DNA of 64,000 nucleotides, taken from assembly GCF_009914755.1 (NCBI RefSeq), contig NC_060948.1. One strand, 5' to 3'. Below the pieces are notes generated by a model. The model was not told where the DNA came from. It worked only from the letters and a program-made list of their open reading frames with translations, and searched no databases. Numbering within the stretch: the stretch's first letter is position 1; every line of letters begins with the position of its first letter. The position numbers and the translations under genes were made by a program. Below are positions 28,640 to 43,200 of the stretch, in pieces. Source of the DNA: the human T2T-CHM13v2.0 reference genome, Homo sapiens.

Positions 28640-29050
28640 GGAAGTGAATGAGCTTCAGAATCAGGGAACATGGTTTGTAACACTGACTTTTTAGCTGCTG
28701 GGCCTTGCATAAAACTGTTTAAGATTTCTGAGCCTTAGGATCTTTAACTATAAAAATGGCAAAAATAATGTCAAACTCCCAGGTTTGTTGTGTAAATTAA
28801 ATTAGATAACCTATGAAATGTGACTGGGATATAACAGGCACTTGATAAGCATTATGCCCCTTCTTCACCAGTTACCTCAACTAACCTGCCCAGCTACCTG
28901 GTAGGCAAGTAATGTTGTCACATCACAAACAAAACTAGGAGACTGAGTTTCAGAGTTTCAGCAATTTGCTCAAGCTCAGGTAATTGGTAAGTGGCCTGAT
29001 TGGAATTTTACCAAGATTGGCCTAACTCTCACTTCCCAGTCCTTTCCTGT
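28640..29050. mobile_element. MIR fragments
   Basis: ctgggccttg..tctgagccttagga..ctataaaaatgg; gagactgagtttcagag..tttgctcaagctcaggtaattggtaagtggc. Confidence 0.5.
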
Positions 29051-29829
29051 CAGCCTTTCTGACTCTGGAATAAGACCTCAAATGCCACTGTTCAGTGGTA
29101 GTTTATCAACTCATAAGATATATGTCTTTTTCACATTCTTTCTCCATAGGCATAGGGAGATATTATGTAAGTATTACTCTCTTTTCTGAATTACCAATAA
29201 ATTACTTTAAGGGGGATGTTTATAATAAAATGATAAGAATATGACTTATTATGTGATTTTAATATTAGACATTTTACTCTATTATCACTCTATGATCTTT
29301 GAAATTATAAACACTTCATTCCATGAATGTGGATGGGTATCTTACAAAGATAACTAATTAAAATAGGTATCCCAAGATAAAACGTAAAGACAAAATTTAA
29401 TTTAATTTTTATTTGACTGGTTTCAGAATACATACTACTTAGGCTCGCCAGGCATACATTCATGAAAATAAATCCCTAAAATACAACACAGTATGGGAAT
29501 AATTCCTATTTTTGAGTTTGAAGAAGCCATTAAGGGCTAGAGTAAATTGGGAAAGACTCGTGGAAGAGATTGAACATGATTTGGTCCCTAATGCAGGATT
29601 TGGAAAAATGGAGAGAAAGGAAAAGTCCCAGTTGGTAGGAATTAAATAAGCTAAAACATATGTCATATTTTTGGAGCAATGTTTTCAGCTACTGTTGAGA
29701 CACATTTAAGAAGATGTTAGGGCCATGTTATTGACAATTTTGTGGAGGCAATAAAAAACAAATGAAAGAAATTTCTATATTTATTTTTGGAATAGTGTTT
29801 CTCATGTGTCCTGCTCAAACGGGAATGTT

Positions 29830-31270
29830 ACGTCAACCACCTACACTTCCTCAATTCCCAATTGCTCTTCAAAACATCTTAATCTAGTCTCTATCCCCTC
29901 CATTCACTACTCATATGTCTCATGTAGTTAGCAGTGGCCTCCTATTTGCCAAACTCAATGGACATTTTTTATTTCCATCTTTCTGCTCTATTCGGCATTT
30001 TTCCTCATTCATTCACTCCTTTTGAAGTTCTATTTTCTTAGCTTGCATGATGATATTCCCTTCTGATTTTTTTTGGCCTTCTGATAATTCCATTTCTTTT
30101 TCTGTGTGGTAATTTCATCTGTCCACTGCATAAGTGTTAATTTTCTTAGAGTTATATCCTCAGCCTGTTCTCATCATTTTATACTCTCTCTGTTGTTTTA
30201 TATATAACCTATATCCTGATGAGTTCTGATCTCCATATACAGTCCTGGTCCCTCACCTGAGATTTTGACTGATACATCAAGTTCTCCTATAAACATCTCC
30301 CCTTCACTGGTCCATGGAACTTCAAGCTCTACTCGCTCTAAATTGGATTGATTCCCTTCAAATTCCTTTTCCCAAATCTGGTTTCTTACCTACTTCAACT
30401 GATAGAGTCACCATTCATTCAAGTCACTCAAGTTAAAAATCTCAGTAACATCCTATGCTTCCTTCTCTCCCCCTCCCCTTCATTCCAATTGTTCAACAAC
30501 ATTTTTTTTTCTGACTTTACATTTAAAATATTTTTAAAATAATGAAAATGATAGCAGATAATATTTTTCAAAATGTACTACATGCAAGGTATGGTGCCAA
30601 GAATTTAAAAAGTATTAACTTTCATACTACAGGTACTATTTTTCCCATTTCACTTATGGGGAAAATGGAGCTCACGAAGGTTCATTGTCTTGCTATATGT
30701 CACACAAATACTATTTGGTAAAGCTGTTATTTAAATACAAATGTTTACATTCCAAATTCTGTATTCTTAAACACAAGAGTAGCATTTATTGCTTCTATCT
30801 CTACTCCTGTATCCTATTTTAAGTTCTTTTCATGTTTTATGTGGACAACTGAGATAGCTGCTTAGCTGGCATTCATCATATCTCTAATCTTGTTTCACTC
30901 AAGTCAGCTTCCACATAGCCAATGAAGATTCTATTTCACTTGCAAATCTCATCATCCCACCCCTCTGCTTAAAATCCTTCATTGGATCCTCATAAGTTTC
31001 AGTATAAATACCTATTTTTTAGTATACTAAACAAAACTCTCCATGGTGTGGTCTTGTGCTTAATTTTCAGCTTGAGGTCTCATTCATCCCTGGGTCATAG
31101 TTTACGCTTCAGAGATATCATATCACTTGCAGTTTTCTACTATACAGCATGCTGGTTTTAGTTTCTACAAATTCATTCATATTTTTTTGTAGTGGAGACT
31201 TGCTCTTTGCCATTCTATTTACATAACATGATTAAATTCCACAGAGTCATTGTGACTCAGCTCAGGTTCC
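29830..31270. mobile_element. L2 fragment interrupted by a MIR (~30545-30780)
   Basis: L2-like pyrimidine-rich text (ctcctatttgccaaactcaatggac; ctctgcttaaaatccttcattgg); MIR core cccattttcacttatggggaaaatggagctc. Confidence 0.55.
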
Positions 31271-31802
31271 TCTATGTGCATGTGTGTGTGTGTGTGTGTG
31301 CACGCATGTGCGCGTGTATAAAATATTTGAGTAGGAAAAAAATGTGATAACAAATATTTTGAGATGATTAATTAAAAATTATAATGACAAATGGAAGGCA
31401 AGTTTTAAAGTAGGAAAATCAGCTAGGAGAACCAGAACATTGAATTAAGAACAAAATAAGGGATAAGGGCCAGGACTAGGGTAGTAGAGGTGGGAAATGA
31501 AAACAGGGACTGACGAATGAGATGGTGGAGGGGATCAAATAGAGTATATTTTCTAAAACAACTCCAAAATTGAAGGCAGTTGACTAGAAATTAGCAATTG
31601 GGGTTTGAACTAAGATAATCAGGAGTGTAAGTTTTGTAAAGAAGTAGGAGTTGAGGAGATGGAGAACAAATGTGTAGATGTTTTACATGTAAAGATGGTA
31701 AAACTCTAATTCCTTTTAACTGTGGGACAAAAGGGTGAGAAGATGGGTGTGGGGATTAAATACTTTGAAATGTAGGAAATAGTATATGATAAAGCTATTA
31801 TA

Positions 31803-31888
31803 TTATGTTGGTGCAAAAGTAATTGTGGTTTTTGCGATTAAAAGTAATGACAAAATTACTTTTAAAAATTACTTTTGCACCAACCTAA
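31803..31888. mobile_element. MADE1 (Hsmar1-derived MITE), palindromic
   Basis: TTATGTTGGTGCAAAAGTAATT...AATTACTTTTGCACCAACCTAA flanked by TA at 31801-31802 and 31889-31890. Confidence 0.93.
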
Positions 31889-32700
31889 TATCATAAGTAA
31901 ATGGATATTTAGCACAGTTTAACATATGATGGGGAATAGTCTGAAGTTAAAGGCAGCAGTACGACTACATATTTACATTTCATCATCACTATATAGTTTA
32001 GTGGAAGCATCCAACTATGATTGACTGATTAATAAGCCAAGAGTTTCTTCAGCTATAATTCAATTTGGATATTATATTTCTCAAAAATAACTTGTACTTG
32101 TTATTTAATTGTTAGTAATTGATCCTTTTCTGACTATAAAATAGTATAAATTAATTGTAGAACGTTTGAAAAATACAGATGAATAGAGATATAATAGAGA
32201 AGAAAAATAGAAATTACCTATAATCCTACCAACTCAATGATAATAAGTGTTACTTCAGTGCATATTCTTTCAATCTTTTTTCTGTGTGCTCATTTTTATT
32301 TTATTAAATACTCTTCTCAAATAGGATGTTTGATAGCTACATAATATTGCATCACATAGACATTCTATAATACATTTAGATATCCAATATTAATGAATGG
32401 TTTTATTTTTATGCTATTATAAACAAACTATAATGAACCTTCTTGAACATAAATCCCTTTGTGCACCGATCCAACAGCCAACAGTGTAATTCACAAAGAA
32501 ACACTGGAGGCAATTCCATTAAAATCTATAATAAGCTAAGGACAATTTGTTTAAAATTGTTTTAGACATTTCATTTACAACAGTAGTACAGGGGAAAAGA
32601 ATAAATATTAAAAAGAAAAATATAGTGCTATTTATTGTTTATAATGATCTTCCACCAAGAAACTCCAAGAAAAACTTCTGGTAGTATAAAGAGGAACAGC

Positions 32701-32950
32701 TTTTATTTTTTACTTTTTTGTTGTTTATTATTATTATTATTATTGTTATTATTATTTTGAGATGGAGTCTCACTCTGTCACCCAGGCTGGAGTGCACTAG
32801 TGCAATCTCGGCTCACTGAAGCCTCAACCTCCCAGGCTCAACCTCTTTTACTGCCTCAGCTTCCCAAGTAGCTGGGACTACAGGTGTGCACCACCATGCC
32901 CAGCTAATTATTTTAGTTTTTGTAGGGACAAGGTCTCACTATATTCCCTC
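32701..32950 (-). mobile_element. 5'-truncated AluJ-like with (TTA)n tail
   Basis: Right arm plus part of the left arm; degenerate TSD gaacagctttt / gaatagctttt. Confidence 0.8.
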
Positions 32951-34974
32951 AGGTGAAAGAATAGCTTTTAAAAGTCAGCTTTCATGATGTGTAGTAAAGT
33001 CAGTAATTCTACTTCCAGAAATTTATTGTACAGATAAATAAGAAAAATATTTAAAAGCTACTGAGTTTTAAAAGATATTTGTATACTATCTCATCAGTTA
33101 TCAATACTCTAACGGATAATCTATCATTATTAAATGCTTTTCTCTTTTTCATATAATAATTGCTTTTTGTATAAAAGTAATTTTATAGAGAAATTCAGTT
33201 TACAAAGTTTAGACTTATATATTTTTAGTTATATTTTATGCCTAATTGGAAAGTAATGCCTAATTAATAAAGTGTTTTTCAAGACACATGATATTTTCAT
33301 TTTTCTTTTTGTTGTTTTTTTCCTCTGTGTCAACTCTACACTTTTTTTTACTAAGGTATGAAATGACAATCAACTAATTTTCTCAAGATTTGAAACTTTT
33401 GTTTCTAAAAAATAAACTAAATTGTGCCTTTTTCTAAGTGTTTAACTGTGCCATGGTGCCATTCAGAAGAATAAAAGTCTGCCCAATTTATTGTGACTTT
33501 TCCTGCATAATTTCTATGTACATTAAACAGGTTTATAATTCACTTGTTCTTAGACTTCATACATATAATTAGTCATTTGTCATTTATATATTTCAAAATC
33601 ACTGCTTCAGAGAAATAATGTAGAAGCATCATGGAGGTTATGGCTTTCTATGTACATATAAGATCTTTACGTTTGAGGATCATATTTAAAGACTAAAAAA
33701 TTATAATGTACTTGACTCATATATTCAAAATTGTGATAAAGAAGACATTTTTAGCTTACAATTTGCTCTAGAAGATAACATCAACTTACTAAAGATATGT
33801 AGAGGTAACTTTTAACCTTATGTTAACCAAATTCAACATATTGAAATATTTGTTTCCTATGCTGCATATGGGCAGTGAAACAAATAAACAATTATACACT
33901 GAGGATTCTTTAGCATCTTCCCATTTTGTTTTAATTTAGAGTACAGAAGACTTCACCTTCTGTCACTATTAGAATAAGAGAAACAAGCTGAATCAACAGT
34001 GGCCCAATATATTAACCACTTTGATAAAAGTGACCTTGTATTTGATCAACGTCTAGACCAGAGATTCACAACACTGGCTGTGCATTAAAATTGCATTTGG
34101 AGGTCAGAATCTATCCTAAGAAATTATAATAGAGGTCTGAGTTGAAGCCTAGCTATCTTTGTTGTCAGCCTGACAGGTGATTTATATGAGCAAACAAGGA
34201 TGATAATCACTGAACATAAACATACATGCATCCATTAATTGACTGCTTATCTACATATTTGAAATATTGCCCATTAATAACCTTATACTCACTAGACTGA
34301 GCATTTGAAAAGCAAACACAACGCCTTTATTAACTTCGTAACCCTAGTAACCAGCTTGGTTTCAGCACATAGGCACTCAGGAAAATTAATTACTTAATTA
34401 ATTAATTATGGTCATATGAACTCATTAAATTAACGAAGAATCATGGCATTTGTTAGATTCATAGGTAGTGACAAACAAAATGTTTGTGAAATTCCTTTTT
34501 AAATATCAAACACAAAACCACTTTGGAACAAATTTTTATTACTCTTTTACTCTTTTTTTCAAAGAAGGATAAATCACTTGAGGAAAACAAAAAATAATTT
34601 TTGCTAGAAAGATATTTTCACCAATAATGTGCTAATGCACACACTGTGGCCAAGGAATACATTTTCGGTAACTCTGCCAACTTCATGCCATACAGACAAT
34701 ATATAGTTTGTAATGCTATTTTTAAAATAAAATGACATGACTAGTGAAAGTATGTACTACCACACTATTTACACTAGTACACTATTATAATTCTAAAACA
34801 TAAGCAGTTATTACAATGATTTTAGTGTTTTTGTACATAGTTGATCTTCAGATAGAGATAAGGTGAATATGGTATTTATTTTTTATTTGCTGAGTGGATT
34901 CTAAATTTCTGTTACTTCCCCAAAGAGCAACCACTGGCACACACATGCATGTACATGATACACACCACCCTCAA

Positions 34975-35000
34975 CACACACACACACACACACACATACC

Positions 35001-35052
<52 letters not shown>
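34975..35052. repeat. (CA)n(GA)n compound microsatellite
   Basis: Directly visible. Confidence 0.95.
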
Positions 35053-35054
<2 letters not shown>

Positions 35055-35238
35055 CTGACATAAATTTATTTTAATAGACAAATATAAATATTTAAATTGT
35101 CATGGTCTTAAATACTACCAATGGTTTTCAATTTATATTTAAAAAATCAATTTTAATATATTGCCAATGTCAAGGACAGCCATATATACTTTAGTTATTT
35201 CTTTAACAGTTTTTCAAACAATCACAGTTATGTAATTC

Positions 35239-36638
35239 CTTGTTTTAAATTTTATTTTAAGGTCAGGGGTACAAGTTCAAGTTTGTTAGATAGGTAAACT
35301 TGTGTCATGGGGGTTTGTTGTACAGGTTATTTCATCACCCAGGTATTAAGCCTAGTAGCCATTAGTTGTTTTTTCTGGTCCTCTCCCTCTTCCCACCCTC
35401 CACCCTCTGAAAGGCCACATTGTGTGTTGTTCCCCTTTATGTGTTCATGTGCTCTCATCATTTAGCTTCCTCTTATTAGTGAGAACATGCAGTGTATGGT
35501 TTTCTATTCCTGTGTTAGTTTGCGAAGAATAATGGCCTCCAGCTCCATCCATGTCCCTGCAAAGAACATGATCTTGTTCTTTTTTATGCCTGCATAGTGT
35601 TCCATGGTATACATGTACCACATTTTCTTTATCCAGTCTATCACTGATGGGCATTTAGGTTGATTCTATGTTTTGCTATTGGAAGATACCCTAAGCAATA
35701 CCATTCAGGACATAGGCATGGGCAAAGATTTCATTATGAAAATGAGAAAAGCAATTGCTACGGAAGCAAAAATCAACAAATGGGATCTAGTTAAACAAAA
35801 GAGCTTCTGCACAGCAAAACAATCAAGTAAACAGAAAGTAAACAGAAAACCAACAGAATGGAAGGAAATTTTGCAAACTATGCATCCAATAAATGTCTAA
35901 TATCCAGCCTCTATAAGAAACTATAAGCCTCTATAAGGAACTTATTACCAAGAGCAAAACAAACAACGCCATAAAAAAGTGGGCAAATGAAATGAACAGA
36001 CACTTCTCAAAAGAAGACTTACATGTGGCCAACAATCATTTGAAAAATATCTCAACATCACTGATCACTGAAAAAATGCAAATCAAAACCACAGTGAGAT
36101 AGCAACTCACACCAGTCAGAATGGCTATTATTAAAAAGTCAAGGCCAGATGTGGTGGCTCACGCCTGTAATCCCAGCACTCTGGGAGGCCGAGGCAGGTG
36201 GATCAACTGAGGTCAGGAGTTTGAGACCAGACTGGCCAACATTGTGAAACCCTGTCTCGATTAAAAATACACAGATTAGCTGGGCATGGTGGGACTGTGC
36301 CAGTAATCCCAGGTACTTGGGAGGCTGAGGCAGGAGCATTGCTTGAACCCGGGAGGCAGAGGTTGCAGTGAACAAGATCGTGCCATTGAACTCCAGCCTG
36401 GGTGACAGAGTGAGACTCTGTCTCAAAAAAAAAAAATGTCAAAAAATAACAGATGCTGATGAGGTCGTGAAGAAAAAGGAATTCTTATATACTATTCATG
36501 GGAGTATAAATTAGTTCAGTCACTGTGGAAGACAGTGTGGAAATTCCTCAAAGACCCAAAGACAGAAATACCATTCAACCCAGCAATCCCATTACTGGGC
36601 ATATACCCAAAGGAATATAATTTATTCTATTATAAAGA
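35239..36638 (-). mobile_element. Old primate L1 (L1PA13-like) with 5' inversion: 3' end on - (35239-35680), inverted ORF2 piece on + (35681-36638)
   Basis: 16-bp TSD CACAGTTATGTAATTC at 35223-35238 and 36639-36654; the + piece translates as ORF2 ([11 protein letters not shown]...KSFCTAK). Confidence 0.88.
36143..36436 (+). mobile_element. AluS inserted into the L1
   Basis: Alu dimer; degenerate TSD aaaaagtcaa / aaaatgtcaa; L1 ORF2 text resumes after it. Confidence 0.9.
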
Positions 36639-37396
36639 CACAGTTATGTAATTCTAAAACAAATTGTACAAAACATTCAAGATAAAATAGAAAACAGCAC
36701 ATTATTAAAGCTATTTTATTGTTATAAGAGTTATTTTTACACAGTCCTCTTCAAAACAAGCTATTTGAAATGTTTTGCTCCAAAACGTGTATCCATTAAA
36801 GTGGAGTCAAAATTTGATTGCTCTCAGCCAACATACTTTACTGGAAAAAGTGTGTTTAAAATGGTATAGTAAAAGAAAAGATAAAAGATAAAAAGGTAAA
36901 GGATTGTGAAGAATTCAATGCTGCTATCTGCATGTACTTTGTAAAAATATCACCCTCTCCTTCCTGATCCTCTGTCTCTGTCACATTTCGTGGCTCATAT
37001 GTTAATATGTCCCACCTCCTGAACACTTCAGTCATGAGAGACCCAGCTTAATGCACCCAATTGAAAATCCATTAAAAACACATATGGCATCTTCTGTGTT
37101 GAAAGGATTCTCTTAAAGATCTTACAGTGGTTTGCTGATTTAAAAATATCTCCCTGTTATAACAAAAGAAGGTGTAGGCATTTATTATGGCTTGCTGACT
37201 TCAGGCTAAAAATTTTTTATTTAAATTTAGCCTCTTTTAGATGCCTCCCTAGATTCAAAATCTTATCGGCATTGCCTAATAAGTAGTTGAAACTTTCAGT
37301 TCAACAGAGACCTCGGAAATCGATATATCACATCAGTGTTTTATTTTGTCTGTAAACGTGGCATATTAAATTATTGAGTTGTCTGATTTTTTCTCG

Positions 37397-37632
37397 GATT
37401 TATTGAGGTATAATGCACAAATCAAAATTATATTCAAGTTGTACAAAGTGATATTTTGATATACCTATACATTGTGAAATGATTACCACTATCAAGCTAA
37501 TTAACATATCCATAACCTCATAGTTACCTTTTTTGTGTGAGATTGAGATCGACTATCTTAACAAATTTCAAGTACTCAATACAGTATGATTAACTATAGT
37601 CATCATGCTGTACGTTAGGTCTCCATAACTTT
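37397..37632 (-). mobile_element. L1MA9/10-like 3' fragment
   Basis: tttattgaggtataa..cattgtgaaatgattaccactatcaagctaattaacatatccat..tagtcatcatgctgtac. Confidence 0.7.
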
Positions 37633-38919
37633 AGATTCCCTGTTTTGTAACACCTGCTTTAGGCTTGCTGAGGGTCACTGTCCAGTAGTAGTGAGCATTT
37701 TAAGCCAATTTCATTAAGATACGATATTTATGATAAACATTTTTTGTAGCATCAGCCAGTGAAACAAAGTATCTGAACTAATCTGAAAGGATTGCTAATA
37801 AGCATCTTAGCCTTTCTATCTCTGGTTTCTCTACAGGTATCACCATGATAAAATTTTTCTTTACCTGAAGCAATTAAAAATAAAAACACTGTGTTTCCCT
37901 GGTTGGGCCTTTTTAGTTCCCAGTGAAGGCCACCTACGGTGGATAGAGAAGAAAGATACTTTCCACACAAAATATCTTACTATTTGAACCTGGTAATTCA
38001 CATATGCGGTGAAATGTTACCACAAGAAAGCTTCAGTTTTCATAGGTAAAAATAGTTATCCACATATTTAAGCAAGTTTATAATTCTTCATACAAATATT
38101 CACAAAAACAAAAAAGACCATTTTCTCCAGCTTCAGATACACACCATTTGACTTCAGAAACTAAGTTACATCCTTTTGTTTGTTGATTGGTTTGTTTTTA
38201 GGCCATCCAACCCCCTCAAGATAAGTTACATTCTAATGTGGGCATGTTCAAATCTTACAGGATGATCTGCAAGTATAGAAAAACATACAAGAAGAAAAAT
38301 TTGGAAAGATTTTTATATCAGATCACATTTTCCAACATGATTGTCTAGTTGGTAAAGTTCAGCAGTATCAAATTCCCATTGTTTTCTGTGAAAGTATCTC
38401 ATCATTATTTAAAATGTCATATTTTACCTTATTCACTAAACTATAAATATAATTGGTTCCATTAATAATACATGGCAGATAAGCTAGCTTTTTTATATTA
38501 TTCATCATTATGAGATAAAATTCATAGGACCCTATGAAAATAGTTCAATATATACCTCATATGACTGTTAATAATTTCCAACTTATTTTAGAAAACCTAA
38601 AAGCGGAACCAAAACTAGCACAATTTGGAAGAATTTGAAACTATACTTTCTTTCATAAATTTTGAATTATCTAAATTATCTGAATTTCAAACATGAAATT
38701 TTATGTTTACAACTTCTAGAGATATTTATTTGGAATTAAAATTACAAAATGCCAAAGGATTGGATAATATTTATCCAGTCCAATAAATGTTAGGTCCTTT
38801 TTTATTGCTGCTACATATGTCTAGCCACTTAAATAATTGTATTCAATTAAATCCACTTTTCATGTCCAGGGATAGTTCTATTCCCCTGTTATTTCCATCA
38901 AGAAATAAATATCCTATCA

Positions 38920-40270
38920 TTTTATTTTTATTTTTTATTTTTATGGGTATATAGTAAGTGTGTATAATTATGGGCTACATGAGATATTTTGTTACAGGCA
39001 TGCATTGTGTAACAATCACATCAGGGTAAATGGGGTATGCTCACCTCAAGCATACTTCCTTCGTGTGTGTTACAAACAATCCAATTATACTTTTTTGGTT
39101 ATTTTAACCTGTATAATTAAATTATTATTGACTATAATCCCTTTGTTATGCTATCAAGTACTACATCTTATTCATTCTTTCTGACTATATTTTTGTGTCC
39201 ATTAATCATCCCCACTTACCCTCCTCTCCCCAACTTACCACCCTTCCAGCCTCTGGTAACCATTCTTCTATTCTCTATCTCCATGAGTTCAATTGTTTTC
39301 ATTTTTAGCTCCCATAAATAAGTGAGAACATGTGAAGTTTGTCTTTCTTTGTCCTTTTTCCTTACTATATCTTTGTCTATTCTGAGTCTCTTGTGGTTCT
39401 ATATACATTTTACATTTTTTTTCTACTTCTATAAAGAATGTCATTGGTATTTTGATAGAGATTGCACTGAATCTGTAGATTTCTGTGGGTGGTATGGACA
39501 TTTTAATAATATTGATTCTTCAGTCCATGAACATGGAGTATTTTTCCATTTTTTTTTGGTATTGTCCTTAATCTCTTTCATCAGTGTTTTATAGTTTTTG
39601 TTATAGAGATCTTTAACTTCTTTAAATTAATTCATTGATATTTAATTTTATGTGTGACTATTGTAAATGGGATTACTTTTTTATTCTTTTTCTCATTGTT
39701 CACCATTGGCATATAGAAATGCTACTGATTTTTGTATGTTGATTTTGTATCCTCAGCTTTGCTAAATTTATCAGTTCAAATGGTTTTTTTTGCTGGACTC
39801 CTTAGTTTTTTCCAAAGATAATATCATACCATCTGCAAACAGGGATAATTTGACTTCTTCCTTTCCATCATGGATGCCTTTTATATCTTTCTCTTGTCTA
39901 GTGTGTCTAAGTAGAACTTCCAGTACTGTGTTGAATAATAATGGTGAAATTGGCCATTCTTGTCCTATTTCTGATCTTAGAGGAAAGGCTTTCAGATTTT
40001 TCCCCATTTAGTATGATGGGTCTGTCATATACAATTTTTATTATGTTGAGGTATATTTTTTCTATTCCTAGTTTATTGAAAGTTTTTATCATGAAGTGAT
40101 GTTGCATTTTATCAAATGTTTATTCAGCATCAACCAAAATGATTATATGGTTTCTGATCTTCATTCTGTTGATATGATATATCACCTTAATGATTTATGT
40201 ATGCTGAACCATCCTTGTATTCCAGGGATAAATCCCACTTGGTCATGATGATTGGTCTTTTTAATGTGGT
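38920..40270 (-). mobile_element. L1MA (L1MA2-like) 3' end plus ORF2 fragment, with an internal deletion near 39350
   Basis: L1MA-type 3'UTR (acaggcatgc..aatcacatcagggtaaatggggta); minus-strand ORF2 peptides [31 protein letters not shown]. Confidence 0.8.
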
Positions 40271-40285
40271 TTGAGAAAATCGAAG

Positions 40286-43200
40286 TGGGGGGGAAATGGC
40301 AGATAGGAGACAGGGATAATGTATAGCTCCCACATGGACAGACAGAAGAGTGTGTGGGGACTCACACTGTGATCTTTTGCTTCAAGAACCCCCACAGGAA
40401 CATACCAGGAAAACTGAAAGAATTCACAGATCCTTTGAAGGAAGCAGCACACTGCTGCAAATTCCACAAAACAGGTGAAAAACTGTGTGTTCCCAAAGTG
40501 TGAGAGGGCGAAAGGAAAACCTACCTTCGATCACACATCCTGACTGGGGAATCTGAAAATCCAGATCACAAGAGGATTTAACCTTACCTAGAAATGAAAT
40601 GGATTTAGGAAGTCACATGAGATATAAAAGTAGAAGTAGCAGTGGGAAGTGACTTGCATGCACTCCCAGCCTCCACCTCTAACCTAGAAAGGCCATCCCT
40701 GACTATATCTCACAGGAGCCCTCAGGAAAGGTGGCCAGAGGAATTGGGGAGGGATTATGGGGTGAAGGAGGCTCCCAAATGAAATTGGTAGTGGTTTTGG
40801 CTGGGCACACATTTTCTTGAGTCCAGTCTGGGGGACGGGAGGGAGCTGCTGCACATACAAGCAAGTGCAGGAGTACAGGAGCTGCTGCTGATGGAGTGGG
40901 CAGACAGGGAAAGGCAAGGTCCTAAAGCCATGCTTGCTTTCCCAGTGGAGTAGCTCATGGCTTCTGGCAAGGTCAGAGCAGGGGCACTGCATGAATGAGA
41001 GACTGGCCTCGCCAACTGCATGAGAGCTGGGTACGGCTTCTTGCTACTGGCTATCTCCCACTTCCCTGGTGAGCTATACTGCACAGCAGAGGCGGCCAGG
41101 ATTGCCTATGGAACATAACCCCATTGGCCTGAGAACCACCTCACCCCATGCTCCACAGTGGTCATGGCAAGCCCTCCCCAAGGAGAGTCTGCACCCAGAC
41201 CCACCAAACCCTGCCCCCACATGACAGTATTTCCGTAACTACCCTGATAGCTGAACACAAAACACAGAAACTCATGGGAGCTTTATGGCCCCACCCAACA
41301 CCTGAGAAACCAAAATACTTAGCAGGACCATCTTAGAGTAAGCTTAGAGCCCTTTAGTACTATCACAGCTGGTGCTATCTTGAAAGTGCCACCTCTTAGC
41401 TGGAGGCCAACCAACTCAGGCCATTACAGCAACTCAGGACAGAATAACCCTGATCCCAGGAAGGAGAAGACAACACCTAATTTCACTGCCTGCAACATCC
41501 TGGCTAACCAGAGGTCCTGAGTGTGTCCATGTGACAACTTCATCACTAGCATAACCAGCATTCAAGAAAGCCAGCATACTAAACATATTAACAACAAAGA
41601 GCTCTCGCAGAGTCTACTTTGCTTCTCTGCCACCTCTACCAGAGCAGGTGCTTGTATCCACAACTGGGAGACCTGAAGACAGATCACATCACAGGACACT
41701 TTGCAGACATCCTGCAGCATCAGCCCAGAGCCTGATAGCCCCACTCAGTGGCTAGACTCAGAAGAGCAATAACAATCACTGCAGACCAGCTTTCAGGAAG
41801 TCTCATCTCTAGGGGAAGGGGGAGAGCACGACATCAAGGAATCACCCTCTAGGACAAGAAAATAAATCTGAACAGCAGGCCTTAAGTTTCATACCTCTCC
41901 ACTGAAATAGTCTACCCAAATGAGAAGAAACCAGAAAAGTAATCCTGTTATAGAACACGGTTCTATAACACCCCCGAAAGATCACACCAGATCCCCACGA
42001 ATGGATCCAAACCAAGAAGAAATCTCTGAATTGCCAGATAAACACTTCAGAAGGTAGATTATTAAGCTACTCAAGGAGATACCACAGAAAGGTGAAAACC
42101 AACTTAAAGAAATTAAAAAACAATATAGGGTATAGATGAACAATTCTCAAGAGAAATAGATATCACAAAGAAAATACAATTACAACTTCTGGAAATGAAA
42201 GACACACTTAGAGAAATGCAAAATGTAGTGGAAACTTTCAACAGTAGCATAGAACACGTAGAAGAAATAACTTTAGAGTTCAATGAAAAGGCTTTCAAAT
42301 AAACCCAATCACACAAAGACAAAGAAAATATTTTTTAAATGAACAAAGACTCCAAGAAATTTTTGATTATATTAAATGACCAAACATAAGAATAACTGGT
42401 GTTCCTGAGAAAGAAGAGAAATCTAAAAGTTTGGAAAACTTATTTGAGCAAATAATTGAGGGTAACTTCCCTGGTCTTGCTAGAGGTCTAGACATCCAAA
42501 CACAAGAAGCTCAAAGAACACCTGGGAAATTCATTGCAAAAAGATCACCACCTAAGCATGTAGTCATCAGGTTATCTAAAATCAAGACAAAGGAAAGAAT
42601 CTTAAGAGCTGTGAGACAAAAGCATCAGATCACCTATAAAGGAAAACCTATCAAATTAACAGCAGACCTCTCAGCAGAAACCTTACAAGCCAGAGGGGAT
42701 TGAGGTCCCATCTTTAGCCCCCTGAAACAAAATGAAGGAGAAATGAAGTTGTTTTCAGACAAACAAGTGCTGACTACTAAGCCAGCACTACAAGAAATGC
42801 TAAAAGGAGTTCTACATCTTGAAACAAAACCTTAAAATACACCAAAATAGAAACACCTTAAAGCATAAATCTCACAGGGCCCATAAAACATTAATGCAAC
42901 AGCAAAAATGCAAGGTATTAAAGCAACAACTAACATGATGAGTAAAACAATACCTCACATCTGAATACTAACACTGAAAGTGAATGGCTTAAATGCTCCA
43001 CTTAAAAGATACAGAATGGCAGAATGGATAAAAATCCACCAACCAAGTAGCTGCTGTCTTCAAGAGACTCACTAACACATAAGGACTCACATAAACTTAA
43101 GGTAATGGGGTGGAAAAAAACATTCCATGCAAATGGAAACCAAAAGCAACTAGGAGTAGCTATTCCTATATCAGACAAAGCAGAATTTAAAGCAACAACA

